Shown piece after piece: positions 39,687 through 52,993 of a stretch of 64,000 nt of DNA. The position numbers and the translations under genes were made by a program. Location: the NCBI GenBank assembly GCA_964016885.1, contig OZ024746.1:26350001-26414000 (forward strand). Direction: 5' to 3'. Within the stretch, counting starts at the first letter, position 1. Every line of letters starts with the position of its first letter. This DNA is from Eledone cirrhosa. Lineage: Eukaryota. The notes under the pieces were generated by a model, which saw nothing but the letters and a program-made list of their open reading frames with translations, ran no database searches and was not told where the DNA came from.

Positions 39687-39781
39687 ATGGTGGTGTAATG
39701 AACCAAGTCGGTTATTTAGTTTTGATTTTTTCAGTCATCATACAGCTGGTGATGAATTTTGGAAAAACAATCTTTTTTTAA
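39687..39781 (+). CDS. Exon 4 (terminal) of the small six-Cys protein; hydrophobic GPI-signal-like tail
   Basis: ttttcag| (D)GGVMNQVGYLVLIFSVIIQLVMNFGKTIFF-TAA; AATAAA at about 39808. Confidence 0.8.
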
Positions 39782-40302
39782 AGATTTTGCATAACTAAAA
39801 TGAAGTAAATAAAATACATCCTTAAAAAAAAATGTAAAAGTAAATGATAATGGATCATAAATAAATATTACAATTTGAAATCTTCATTTGTGTTTCTGCA
39901 CTGTATGCACAATTCAAATATTAATTGATTAAAATTTCAGAGTTTTGTCCCCCTTTGTCTTGACTAGAAAAGTATAATGGTATTTCAAAGCAGATCCATT
40001 TATAACTAGCTCTTATGGATCTAGTAGGAATAAGGTTTAGAACCTTGAAAAATCTGTTATAATCCTATTCTCAACCTTAATATAAAAACTAATTTAGGGA
40101 ATTTTTATAAAATTTGTTATTTTGACACCTTCTTAGCGGGGCATTGGATTTTCAATTGAAGCACTTTGAAAATGAGTTATACTTGCTTCACAAACGTTGT
40201 CTCTTCTGCTAACTAATTGAATATAAAAGTAATACTAATGAGCAGCCTCCATTTGTTACTATTAAGATCCCACTAATTGCCTACCTTAACAACAATTGTC
40301 AT

Positions 40303-40860
40303 TCTTCTTCTTCGCTCACTTATTTCTGAGAGGGTTGTGGGGGTAGAGTCTTCAAATGCTTCTTCCAGCAGGTCCTGTCAGAAGCAACCATCTCCAATTG
40401 ATCCAGCTGGATTCCTAAGTGAAAACAGTCGAGCTCATGAATGTTATCCAACCATCTTGCTCAGGAATTACCCATGAGTCTCCTGCTGGTTGGTTTTGCC
40501 TGCAAAAAATCTGTCCAGCGATTCTTTTCTTTGACATTCTAAACACATGTCCATAATATGGGAGCTGTGATCTCTCATTTTGGAGAAGTAGCAGCTCTAT
40601 CTGGAGCAACTCTCTGATCTATGAATTATGCACTCTATCAAGTAATGTTACTCCAAAGACCCTTCAGAGGAACCCTATTTCAGCCACTTGTATTCACAAT
40701 CGTATTCTTTCGGTCATGACCATAGGTAAGGGTTGGCACAAATACTGAATTGAAGATATTGAGTTTGACTTTTACACCTACCTCCCTTCTTCTGATGACC
40801 GAATGCTGAAGCTGGCGCATTACTGCACCAACTCCTGCATTTCTTCCACTTAATTCAGCC
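40303..40860 (-). mobile_element. RTE (Expander-like) LINE 3' fragment
   Basis: ERSQLPYYGHVFRM; (GAA)n tail; homologous to 26500-26908. Confidence 0.8.
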
Positions 40861-41529
40861 TCCTGTATAAATCATACAAGATGGCGACGAGGAAGGACGT
40901 TTGACCATGTCTTCCCAAACTAAATATAATATTATCACCGAAAATTGCCCTTTTAACACATGTCAGATGGATTACAATATTGATTATTACAAATGCTTTG
41001 ACTGTTCCCTGATTAATAATACCAGCTTCAACATAAAATTACTTTAACGAAGTATATCTGATCTTCGCCAACAAACCACGTGTGGACATGAGCGAAAAAA
41101 ATAAATCACTACATCCCTTAGGGATCACAGTAAGTACTTCACAAAATCTATAAACAAAAATATACACACAGATTTATATATAGATACATACTACACATGC
41201 ATATACACACAAGTGAAAAGAAACCACACTATTTCGTGTGAGATTGGCAGTATCGGTAGAGGGTCAGACACCATGCTTTGACGCATAGAGTTACAGCCCT
41301 TGCCATTCTGAGTTCAAATCCTGCCGAGGTTAACTTTGCCTTTCATCCTTACGGGGGTCGATAAAATAAAGTACCAGTAATGTACTACTGGGGTAATTGC
41401 TGGCCTTGTGCCAAAAGAAGAAATAACTATTTCATGTGAGAGACTATACCGGCCAATCTTACGTACATTATAAAACCATTCTGACTTCGCTTCTAACCCA
41501 CATACACCTTTTAATTATATATATATAAT

Positions 41530-41882
41530 GCCAATGTGGGTGAAAGACCAAGCATAGACAAGTCGAGAAAGAAACTGGGTATAAGAGTGGTAAGTTGTGG
41601 TGTGTAGGAGAGAAGGCTGAGACGGTATGGACATGTGTGTGCATGGAGGTTGACTGCTGGGTAAAGAAGTGCCAAGAAATCCCAGTAGAAGGAAAACGCA
41701 GTAGAGGAAGACCACGAAAAACATGGGCGGCGGTGGTGAGAGCAGACCTCAAATCACTGAAACTCACCGAGGAGATGACGAAGGACCATGACAAGTGGAG
41801 AGATACTGTGCTGAATAGGACCCGTCCAACCCTTGCAAGCAGGGAAAAGCGGACGTAAAATGATGATGATGATGATGATGAT
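41530..41882 (+). mobile_element. RTE LINE family B 3' end
   Basis: RGRPRKTW, (GAT)n tail; matches 58080-58450. Confidence 0.88.
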
Positions 41883-42039
41883 ATATAATTATATATTCGT
41901 GTGTCGATATTTTTGCATACACACACACAATACATAGGAAAACAGGAACAAAAATACAAAAACAAAACAAACAAACATTGTATTTATCTCATTAACAAAT
42001 GTGCTAAACTTACGCAGCATATTTATTTGTTTACATTTA

Positions 42040-45000
42040 CATTTTATTCTACTGTACGGATGGACAGACCGGACAAATAGCTATTGTGACATCCATGGAT
42101 GAAGTGTGTGATAAAACTGGTCGATGTTCCAAAATAGAACATTGCCTAGAAAATCACGTCTATCATCTATGTACAGAACCAGAGAACTCCTTCTGAAATC
42201 AATGGGTTGAATGTGGCAAATGTTGTGCTTCTTTTTGCCTTCAATGTGCCACATACTTTCGAAAGATCCTAGGTCAGAAAAAGAGACACCATACTTCTAT
42301 GATGGATGGGCTCTGGGAAATGGTCCAGCTACCAAATTGGTCCTTTCAGTGCCTGGCCTGTGTGTCTGCCTCTACCATTGCTGTTGAACAACAACAACAA
42401 AAACCTACGATCGTGTCTTCCTCTAGCATTGTTCCTGAACAACAGCAAAAACCAACGACCGTCGCTTCCACTACTACTCCTGTTGAAGGACTTCATCAAC
42501 AACACCAACCCATGTCTTCCTCCCCAGTTATTTCTTAACAACAACCAACGACTGCGTCTTCCCCCACCATGCCTGTTGAAGAAGAAGAACAACAACAACA
42601 AAATCGACAAATGATTTCCATTTTAAGCCGAGAATCAAATCAAGCGTTCGTGTAGAACCTCACAATGAGGGATCTTTCCGGAGTGCCTTGTTAAAAAATC
42701 TCCGCGTACTTCTTGCTGAATCTAGACATATTGAGAATGCCACTGAATCTGTAAACCATGAAATGATTGCCATCGGTATACCAGAAGACAGTTGATCTTC
42801 AGACATTTGCTGCCAGTTCATCTAAAGACTTGGGCTGTGCTCCCCCAAAGGGTGCTCTCCACCTTGGTCGACCAGGTCCGAAACCCAGGCTAATTAGACT
42901 GTCTTTTTTTAACTCAACTGAGGCACGTTCATATCTTTTAGTCTTTGATAAAGCTAGCCATGAAAGTCGGATTGCCTTCCGAATACGCCCTGGTCTTCCA
43001 CCTGATGTATGCCCAAAGCTGTGTGCTGCAGCTTCCTTAAACTGCAACTCAGCACAACATGAAAGCTTCAGCCTACGTGATGATGGGCAGATATGGAAGT
43101 TTATTAAAGCTGGTGAAACATGGAAAAGAGATACCAGCTGGTCTGAAAACACTGTATCCACAACAACTGGCAATAAAAAAACTGAAAAATCTCTGGGAAA
43201 CTAAATCAGTACAACCTGCCATCCCTTGCACATAATCATAGACTGAAATCAAGGTACAAATTGTTGTCCTTAAATGCAATAAGATATATCTTTTTGACTA
43301 CTATGTCAAAAGTATCGACCCTGATTTCATTCCAGTCACGGAAACATGGGCACATTCCTTACTCTGTGGTGGGGATTTTCAGCATAACTGGCTACAACTT
43401 GTTTCGTAAAGACCGAATTAAATCGTGGTGGTGGTGGTATATTGGTCTACGTTCGTTCAAACTTTTCAGCAATTCCCTGTGTTGATTTGAACCAATCGCA
43501 GCAAGAAGTATTTTTCTGCGGTATACGTATGACCATGTCAACACTGCTACTTGGAGTCATTTACTGTCCCCCAAATTACCATCAGGACACTCAACTTTGT
43601 GGTATCCTCAGAGCTGCTGCCAGGAAAACAGCCACTTATGTTTTTATCGCAGGTGACTTCAATCACCCTGAGATTGACTGGGAAACCTTTCGTTGGCCGC
43701 CAAGTGCAAATGACTTCCTTGAGCTAGTGCTGGACTCAAACTGGTCCCAAGTATTCACCTCCCCAACAAGAGGTGACAACACTTTGGATCTACTCTTCAC
43801 CACTATTCCTGAAACGGTTATTAGTATTACTACTGAGGAACCTTTAGGCGACTCTGATAATGCTATGATCATTGCCATCTATCCCTGATGGGCAGTAACA
43901 AAAACCACAACCATTTCCAAGCTGCTCACTTTGACTGGAATAAAGCAGACTGGAACTGTTACTGTACTGAGTTGCAACGTCCAAACTGGCTTGAGTTCTA
44001 CGACTCTGGAGATGTGAACATCCTGAGCTCAATATGGACAGCATGTGCAGCATCGGTGCCACCTAAGCAGAAAAAATATCCCAAAAGTGCAATTTGGGAG
44101 ACTGCAGCAGTCCGTCTTGTCAGAAAAGAACGTTGTAATGCTGAACGTGAGTACAAACTGCATAAATCAGATATCAAAAAGGCAAAATAAATCATTCAAC
44201 CATCTCAAGCAGGTGACAAAAAAAGGCAGTGCTTTAATTTGAACAGCGCATAGCAGCCAACCATGACAGTATGGTGTTCTGGAAGTATGTACACTCAAAG
44301 CAGAGGCCTCACTCTCCAGTTGGTCCTCTTCGCAATCCCCACACAAGCCAGATCACTGACGACCCCAAGGAATGCGCAGAACTCATTGCTGAATGTTATG
44401 CAAGCATTTTCATTGTTGAAGACCAGAGTGTACAATCTCCACCACTTCTGACATCGGATTCTATTACAATTATGGAATTTACACCTGCAATGCTGCGATG
44501 TCACCTTAAAAATAAATGCAACCATGCCTCTCTTGGTCTTGATGGTGTTACGTACCTGCTTCTCAAACATGGTGGGTACTTCCTTCTGCACCAACTATCA
44601 CGCTTCTTTCAATTCTGTCTGAATAATGGTGCTATTCCAGAGCAGTGGAAAACTGCCAGTGTCATTCCTCTGTTCAAAAAGGGTGACCGCACATCACCTG
44701 TCAACTATCGTCCAGTCAGTCTTACTAGCTGCATTGCCAAACTGATGGAATCCTGTCAGGGAAACACTTTGGAACTTCTGGAACTCTCACAGTCTTATCC
44801 AGCCCACGTAATTTGGATTTATCCCTAACTCCACCTGCTGTGATCAACTTATCGAGTTTCTTGAAGACATCACCCGAATCACTGATGGCGGCTCATGGGT
44901 GGATGTTGTTTACCTCGACTTTGATAAGGCTTCCAATTCTGTGCCACACAAAAGACTTATGGCAAAACTCCCTGAAATGGGTGTGAAGGATGATTTTTTT

Positions 45001-46115
45001 AACTGGTTGAAGTCCTTCATTCTCAGTCGAAGAGAGGTAATCACGGTTCTAGGACAGTATTCCTCACCGCATGAGATGTCATCTGGTGTACCACAGGGAT
45101 CTGTTCTTGGCTCCCTTTTGTTTGTGGCATATATTAATGGCATAGATGCCAACTTAAAGAATTCCACAGTACTGAAATATGCAGATGACATCAAGTTGTA
45201 CCTTGAGATAAAAAGGACAGATCCTGAACACTATATATCTTTCCTGCAATCAGACCTGGACACAATGCAACAATGGATTACGGACTGGCAACTCAAGTTG
45301 GCTGTTTTCAAGTGTACCACCATGCATTTTGGGAGTAAAAGCCCAGCATCCACATACTCCCTCCACAACACTAATTTCAAGAAGTCTTCTTGTAAACGTG
45401 ACCTGGGCATTACTGTCAGCAGCGATTTGCATTGGACGCACATCTCTAAAATTGTCAAGACGGCTGAGGGTGTCTTAGCATCACTCAGCAAAACCTTTGT
45501 CAGCTGCTCTCCAGCTATCTATTTAAAGCTGTATATAGCTATGGTGTGGCCACACTTAGAATTTGCATCACCAGTCTGGAACCCCTATCTTGCTCAGAAC
45601 ATTGACCGCCTGGAAACTGTTCAGAGACGTAAACCAAGCAAATACCCTCCATCAAGCATCTACCATACTCTGAACGCCTTGCTTCCCTGGGCATGGATAC
45701 ATTGAAGATCCAACGTCTGGCAACTGACTTGGTAAACACCCACAAAATTATTAACCATCTTGCCAACAACAACCCTGAGCACCTTTTTGATTTCCATGCC
45801 TACAAAGTCAGAAAACAGCACAGCTCCCATGACTTTCAGAAACATTTTTTCATGCTCAGAGTTGTTGAAGCATGGAACAAACTAACTGCGTCAGTTGTTA
45901 GTTGCCGAGACAATACATCCTTTAAAACTCCATGCTTCCTGAGATTCGCCAACACTACACTTGATGTCCTCCCTCCATACACACGCACACATGTATTTCA
46001 TGACTCATACACTGTTTATTTTCCTGACATTTGTACATTATTCTATGTACTATACATGAACCTTTGATGAGTTGTAGTGCACCTGAGCACTGTACACAAT
46101 AATTTCATTATTATT
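42040..46115 (+). mobile_element. Near full-length decayed CR1-clade LINE (PHD-finger ORF1, APE-RT ORF2)
   Basis: ORF1 remnants WVECGKC..FCLQC and WSFQCLAC; APE GDFNHPEIDW and PTRGDNTLDLLFT; RT NYRPVSLTS, YLDFDKA, SGVPQGSVLG, YADD; (ATT)n tail. Confidence 0.9.
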
Positions 46116-46884
46116 CACTATGTGTGTATATGTGCATATGTGTGAATATATGTATCTGTTAGACACGCAGTGACTAACAACAGAATGTTTTAAGTCTGTG
46201 TGTTCTGACATATATGCGTAGCTTGTGAATAAAATATTCAAGGGGTTTTGCTGGTCGTGTTGATCCCTCCCAAACATGTTTTGTAATGTATCGTCTTATT
46301 GGCTAATCAACCAATGAGAGTAATTGTTGCTCAAAAGCATCCGCCACTTTGTTTGCACGTTTATTTATCGTTTCGCTTTCGAATCTTCCTCCTGTATTTC
46401 GTCGTTTATCATCAAAATATTTTTCTCGTTTTGGTAAGTTATATTGTTAATTTATATATGATTTTTAAAATTTATATTAACTATTTTTTTTTCAGTTCGT
46501 TATAACATACTTATAATATTGGTTGTATCATATTTACTTGTATATTTGTCCATATTATTGTTCGTTTTATGTTAGATTATTTTATTATTATTATGTTAGA
46601 TTATTTTTTTATTATTATGTTAGACTATTGTATGTAATATTTAATTTTTATTAATTCAACTATAACAATTATTATGTAAAATATATTTATTTTATATTAA
46701 TTGTCTTTTGTAGTTGTTTATATTAAAAGTCTGAAAATATTTTTATACATCTTACAATAATATTTATAAGATCATTTATAAAATAACAATTATATAATCT
46801 AATTACATTACAACGATAATTTATTATTAATATATATCATGTTTAACTAGAGTTATTACAAGCGTTGCCTTAAAAACATATTAA

Positions 46885-47492
46885 ACTAGACCTGAAAAAT
46901 GCGCAAGCTCAAAAGAGCTACAGAATGTTATAATAAACCTTCAAAAGTGTGGGACTAGAGTTGTTGCTCAAAAATATTGTAATCATTATCTATCGTACAC
47001 TCTGTGGCATCCTTTTATAAAAAAGAGACTCATGACGAACTCAAGATGACACAATAATTATTTAAGTGAATTTATAATATAGAATTCGGTTTAAGTGCAT
47101 TTCGTATTAATCATTACTAAACATCTAATATGAGATATTGAACATTAGCTTAAATAATTATCGTGTCGTCTTGAGTGGCAGTATCGGTAGAGGGTCAGAC
47201 ACCATGCTTAGTTACGTCCCTTTACGATCTGAGTTCAAATCCCGCCGAGGTTGACTTTGCCTTTCATCCTTACGGGGTCGATAAAATAAAGTACCAGTAA
47301 TGCACTGGGTAATTGCTGGCCTTGTGCCTAAAGTAGAAACAATTATGAGTCTCTTTTTATAAAAGGATGCCACAGAGTGTACGATAGATAATGATTACAA
47401 TATTTTTGAGCAACAACTCTAGTCCCACACTTTTGAAGGTTTATTATAACATTCTATGGCTCTTTTGAGCTTGCGCATTTTTCAGGTCTAGT
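46885..47492. mobile_element. MITE/foldback element with ~185-bp inverted arms starting ACTAG; a SINE interrupts the right arm
   Basis: actagacctgaaaaatgcgcaagctc versus gagcttgcgcatttttcaggtctagt; symmetry resumes on both sides of SINE 47176-47345. Confidence 0.88.
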
Positions 47493-48391
47493 GCATACAT
47501 GTTTGTGTATGTGTTTATGTTTATGTGTCCTTGTCTGTGTTTTTACCCCACAATTTAACAGTTTGAGAAAATGGGGTTAATATGGTTGACTAATTCTCTT
47601 TCAGTGGGTGCAGTGCCCTAGCATGGCTACAGTCTAATGATTGTAACTAGTAAAAGATTCAAAAAGTCTATATTTTGTTAAATATATTAAAATAGATGAA
47701 TAAACAATTATAAATGTTAGACATCATCCTCACCATAATTCAACACCTGGTTTCCCTGCTAGCAAGGGTTGTACTCAAAGCAGAAGTACTGACCTCATGG
47801 TTGGCCAGGAGTCTGCATATCATGTGCTTGCACCCTCACTTACATCTGATCCCATGCACTTCTGTACATTTTATCAGAACATCAGCACTAGGGATGTTGT
47901 CATTTTTTTATGCAGCTGAAAAGCCCTCCCAATCCTTTGTTTGGTAGATTTTCTATGGCTAGATGCCCTTCCTATCACCAACAACTTTACAGAGTGTTCT
48001 GGGTGAGTTTATTGTTTAAATCACTGACACTAGGGAGATTAGCTGAAGAGTTCTTCTTACTCTTTATTTGGTAGGTTTTCTATGGCTGGATGCCTTTCCC
48101 ATCCTCTAACACTTTAAAGAGTGTACTGAGTGTGTTTATCATGTAGCTCACCAACAATAAAGGGGGTCTCATACACTTCTTGTGACCAAACAATTGCACT
48201 AAAACGATTGTCAATTTCTATTTATCATTTAATATAAAGAAATAATGATTTATATATATTAAGAAATTAAGGGTTTACAAATAAATACAATTTATATAAT
48301 AGATATGGTTTACAAAAGAAACAAATCAATAGAAATTAATAAGAGAGAAAAAAAAGACATACATACCTAATGACACACAAAGTATTGCCAA

Positions 48392-48606
48392 GGGTGATAG
48401 TGTGGCTAAGGTGCTAGGAGAGCCAAACACCATCACCAGCTTCACTTGATACTTCAGTAAGGCTGGGTGATAGTGTGTTTAAGATCCTAGAATAGTTGAG
48501 CACCCTAACCAGCTTCACTTGTTACTTCAGCAAAGGCTGGGTGATAGTGTGGCTAAGGTCTTAGAATAGCCAAGCACCCTCACCAGCTTTACTTGATACT
48601 TCAGTA
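48392..48606. repeat. Three copies of a 73-74-bp minisatellite
   Basis: gggtgatagtgtg at 48392, 48465 and 48539. Confidence 0.9.
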
Positions 48607-49337
48607 TGGTACTAACAATGACCAGAACCTTGTTGTAAGTAGCCTAGCCCCCTGACACTTCACAAATGTCATGAACAGAGTGTTGTATATGTACATTAAC
48701 TAATGTGAAATGAATTTAAATACCTGAAAATGCAATGAGTGAAACATTGCCAGTAAATATTTATTTCATATGTGGGTCCTCCTGATGGAGTCATAGGGGT
48801 GCTGTAGTGATATATGGCATGTCTTGGGTATTTTAAAGCTGGTGGAGCCTATCCCTCTTGAGGTCTAATTACAGTCAATTTCTTTCAAAGAATGATAGAG
48901 AGAAAGTGAGAAATGGATATAAAATAAAAATCAACCCCAGTACTGGACTGGTTATTTTTTTTTTATTGACCTTGAAAGGATGAAAAGCAAAGTTGATTTT
49001 GAACTCAGAGTGAGAGAGCTAGGACAAATACTGCATAGCAATCCAACTGACATTCTAATGACTCTACCAACTTGCTGCCTTTCAAGATTTGATTTCAATT
49101 AAAAGTATACATGCATGCATACATACATACATGGTGGCTGCCAACTCGTTTTCGAGTACCGCCACTACTTTATATCCATGTAAGAGAACCCCTACCAATA
49201 CGCTGAACGAGTGTGACTTTTTAGTCCAGCCAGCGACTTGAAAACTCTGGTACAAACACTACACTTGTGACAAATATTGACACATAGTGCTGGGCCCATG
49301 CATACATACATACATATTTTTTACACCAAATTATTTT

Positions 49338-49405
49338 ATTAATGTCTACACACGTTTCGATTTTAATATTAGCACATGATGCTAAAGCATCGTCAGGGCA
49401 TTAAT
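49338..49405 (-). ncRNA. Type I hammerhead ribozyme in a solo PLE terminal repeat
   Basis: Minus strand: attaatgcc-CTGACGA-(ttagca/tgctaa hairpin)-GAAAC-gtgt-GTA-gacattaat. Confidence 0.7.
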
Positions 49406-50204
49406 TCAGGATTTTGATGATGAGAGTCCCAATAAATACAAGAATCATAGTTAATACAGTAAAGAAATTGAAGAGGTTTTTTTAAAAACATTTCTAAAGA
49501 AATACATATATAGAACTGACATTATTAACAATAAATTACTCCAGAGACTTGTGTATGAATTTATCCTTTTCCAAAGAAATACAGTAAAGAAAACCATCAT
49601 GTAAATTATTTACAAGAGCAACAACCCTCAATACAAAATATATGATAGATGCATATATGAAAGCATATGCAATTTTTTTATGTATAATAAGCATATATAA
49701 GTCTCACAAGGTTACTGAGGAAATTGTAATACCCACAGCAAGACTTATGCATGTTTATTATACATAAATATAGGGCGGTGGATTGGCAGTATCGGTAGAG
49801 TCGGACACCATGCTTTGAAGCATAGAGTTACGTCCCTTTATGATCTGAGTTCAAATCCCGCCGAGGTTAACTTTGCCTTTCATCCTTACGGGGTCGATAA
49901 AATAAAGTACCAGTAATGTACTGGGTAATTGCTGGCCTTGTGCCTAAAATAGAAGCAATTATACATAAATATATAAGGATAGTGGATTGGTAGTTTCGGT
50001 AAAGCACTAGACAAAATGCTTTGCAGCATTTCTTCCAGTTGTTACATTCTGAGTTCAAATCCCGTCATGGTTAGCTTTGTCTTTCATCCTTACAGGGTTC
50101 ATAAAATAAAGTACCAGTAATGCACTGGGGTAAATTTAATACTTCCCCTCCCCCAAAAAATGTTGGCCTTGTGCTTAAATCAGAAACTATTATACATAAA
50201 CATA

Positions 50205-50772
50205 TTACACTTCTATTATGCACATGTGATGCGCATGAAGGACAACAGCTGTATAAAAAAAGTGCAGGGCAATGAAAATTGATGGAAGCTGCGGAGTGGG
50301 TAGACCAAGAAAAACTTGGGACGAGGTGATAAAAACTGACCTTGCCCACCTACACCCCTCTAAGACAATGACACTGGATCGAGACCTTTGGTGCCACGCA
50401 GTTGTACAGAAGACCCAACTACCATTGCATACAAACCTACAGTCAGTAGGCACCTCTTAACTCAATGTACACCCCCACTGTCACACACACCCCCTCTCCC
50501 GTTCCGTCCACTGTGTCAATGACACAACAGTCCACACTGTAAGGTGGCCGTGTAGGAGACATGGTGAAAAGGCTCCCAGTCCATACTGGAAATGTGGTTA
50601 GTGCTAGGAAGGGCATTCAGCTGTAAAAAAAACCTGCCAGAGATGCTTCCGTGCAAGCGAGACATGGTCACCCAACCATTCCCGCATCAAATGGAACAAA
50701 ACAAAACCGTCTAACACATGCTAGTGTGGAAGATGGACGTTAAACGATGATGATGATGATGATGATGATGAT
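50205..50772 (+). mobile_element. RTE family A-related 3' fragment
   Basis: GRPRKTWDEVIKTDL, 3' UTR, (GAT)n tail; UTR matches 61775-62100 (-). Confidence 0.85.
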
Positions 50773-50892
50773 TATGAATCACATTATGTGTTAGTGCTGC
50801 ACTACATAAATAAAAGTATGGTAAACCATAAATGCTGTATGTAAAATGGAAGTACAATGTATCAACAGTTGTGACTTATACATGAGTATATA

Positions 50893-51424
50893 TAGAGTGG
50901 GTGAAAAGAAACTCCCTATTGGAAGTTACTTAGAACTTTTGGCCTGCTATGACCACTTGGGACAACATCAATGACCTCATAATTATGCAAGTTGGGGCCT
51001 CTTCTCATTTTGTATGCACTGTCTGTGAGTGGCTTGATGTCCAATTTCCAGGACACCGGCTGAATTGTCGAGGTCCATAGGAATGGCCTGCTAGAAGCTC
51101 TGACTTAACGCCATGCAATTTTTTGTGGGAGTGAGCGAAGGAAGAAGTTTATAGCTCAAAACCCAAAACTCTGATTCAATTGGAGACATGTATTCGTCAT
51201 ATACTAACCAGCATACCTCCTGAGTTCTTGATGAAGGCAGTTGAGGATATACACAGACGATTACAAACGCTAGTGAACAACACAGGTGCCTATGTAGAAT
51301 TTCAACACTGTACTGTACTTCTACCATTATACTGTTCAAAATAAAACATGTTTTATGAAAATCGACCAATAATTGATAAAGTTATTGACAATTTTAAATA
51401 GGGAGCTTCCTTTTACCCACCCTG
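50893..51424 (+). mobile_element. Internally deleted Tc1/mariner-superfamily DNA transposon
   Basis: ~28-bp TIRs (gtgggtgaaaagaaactccctatt / aatagggagcttccttttacccac); transposase remnant QVGASSHF...WPARSSDLTP. Confidence 0.8.
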
Positions 51425-52786
51425 TTGTAGTCTCAACAGAATTATAGTTATCAATAAAAGTCATTTTTAAAGGGAGGCTACTCCATCCACACTATTTTTT
51501 TACGCTTCCATTTTTTTTTCTCCCTTATAAGAACATTTTATTAGGAATCTAGGAGGGCGGTGGATTGGCAGTATCAGTCAACATACTTTGCGGTATATAG
51601 TTACAGCCCTTTACATTCTAAGTTGAAACTAGCCTTTCATCCTTCCAGGAGCGATAAAATAACATACCAGTCATATACTGACGTCGATTTAATCGACTTT
51701 CCCCTCACCCAAATTACTGGCTTTGTATCTAAAGTAGATATCTTTCTTATGAATCTACCTCGGGTGGTAGATTGGTAGAATTCTTACTTTGGTATGTATA
51801 GCTCCAGTCAGGCGAAGGACCTAAGAGTATGTGGTGTTCATGCCATTCTCAAGAGTTACAACCTGTCTAACCTATGCAAGCATGGAAAGTAGATGTGATG
51901 ATGATGATTATGATGAAGAAGAACCATATATTTAGTTACTGTCTTGGTAAATAGATAATTAATAATTTAAGTACATTCTCCATTATACTCATCATGGAGT
52001 TCTTTTTGGGGCAATGTTTTAGGGTCGCATGTCCTTTCAGTTACCGCTATAGGAAGGATAAAAGTAACTGGTTGAGAAGAGTGATGGAAATGAATATGGA
52101 AGGAAGTAGAGGAAGGGGATGACTAAGAAGAATATGGCTGGGGATATTGGAGAAATTAATGAAAATCAAGAAGTTGGTGAGGTGGGGACAGTAGGGGAAG
52201 TTGAGAAGCTTGACATGAAGCCTGCAAGAGAAACCTCTACTTTAGCAAGTAAAATGGCCTTAAAACACTTGTTGTCATTAATAAATTGAAATAGAGTATA
52301 TTTTATTATAAATGCAGTTATGAAAGAGTTAAAGGCATGTAAACTGTGAGTAATGTACAGGACTGCTGTGAATGGGGGTTATTCTTATCGCAAATATAGG
52401 AAAAGCTCTGATGATCATCATCATAATTATCATCATCTTTAACATCTGTTTTTCCATGCTGGTATAAGTTGTATGGATCATCACAGACCAAGTCAGTATT
52501 TAATCAAAGCTACTGCTCAGATGGAAAAATGATGATGATGTGGTGGTGGTATAGAACTATCTATAGTTCATTTGTAGTTTAAACCATTCAAAAAGAATAT
52601 AAAATAAATGATTTTATTTAGGCTCAAAGTCAGAAAAATAATTTTATAATCAATATAAGATTCGAAAAATAAAATAATTTTCTTTTTCTTTTGTTCAGAT
52701 TTTTCCTTTTTTTCTTTTCAAACTTTAACAACAAAAAATATAATATAATGTAAAAAAACGTAGAGATTAGTTTGTATTTAAAAAGG

Positions 52787-52993
52787 TTAATTATCAGAAT
52801 TGGTGTTGTCAATCTTTCGTCGTTTCACACTTTCATTTCGATGCTCACTTATCATTCGCAACAGCTCTAACATATCATCATTATCCTCACGTGAAATCAA
52901 CTCCATTTCACATGCATCCTGGAACTTACTAGCAAACTGCTGACTGTCTTCTAAGATGGAAGCTAAGTCACACACAGGCATTTTAATAATTTC
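52787..52993 (-). CDS. Terminal coding exon of an unidentified host gene
   Basis: Acceptor ttttcttatttag|; EIIKMPVCDLASILEDSQQFASKFQDACEMELISREDNDDMLELLRMISEHRNESVKRRKIDNTNSDN-TAA; phase 0; non-repetitive. Confidence 0.75.
   Translation of the reverse strand, partial: EIIKMPVCDLASILEDSQQFASKFQDACEMELISREDNDDMLELLRMISEHRNESVKRRKIDNTNSDN

Noticed and set aside
40877-41135. Possible first exon (aagatggcg motif, short ORFs, gtaagt donor)
   Set aside because: The ORFs stop early and no compatible downstream exon was found; insufficient support.
48392-48606. CRISPR-like array (also 57450-57614 and the tandem PBS copies)
   Set aside because: Eukaryotic context, no cas genes, and the repeats are contiguous or irregular rather than separated by uniform unique spacers.
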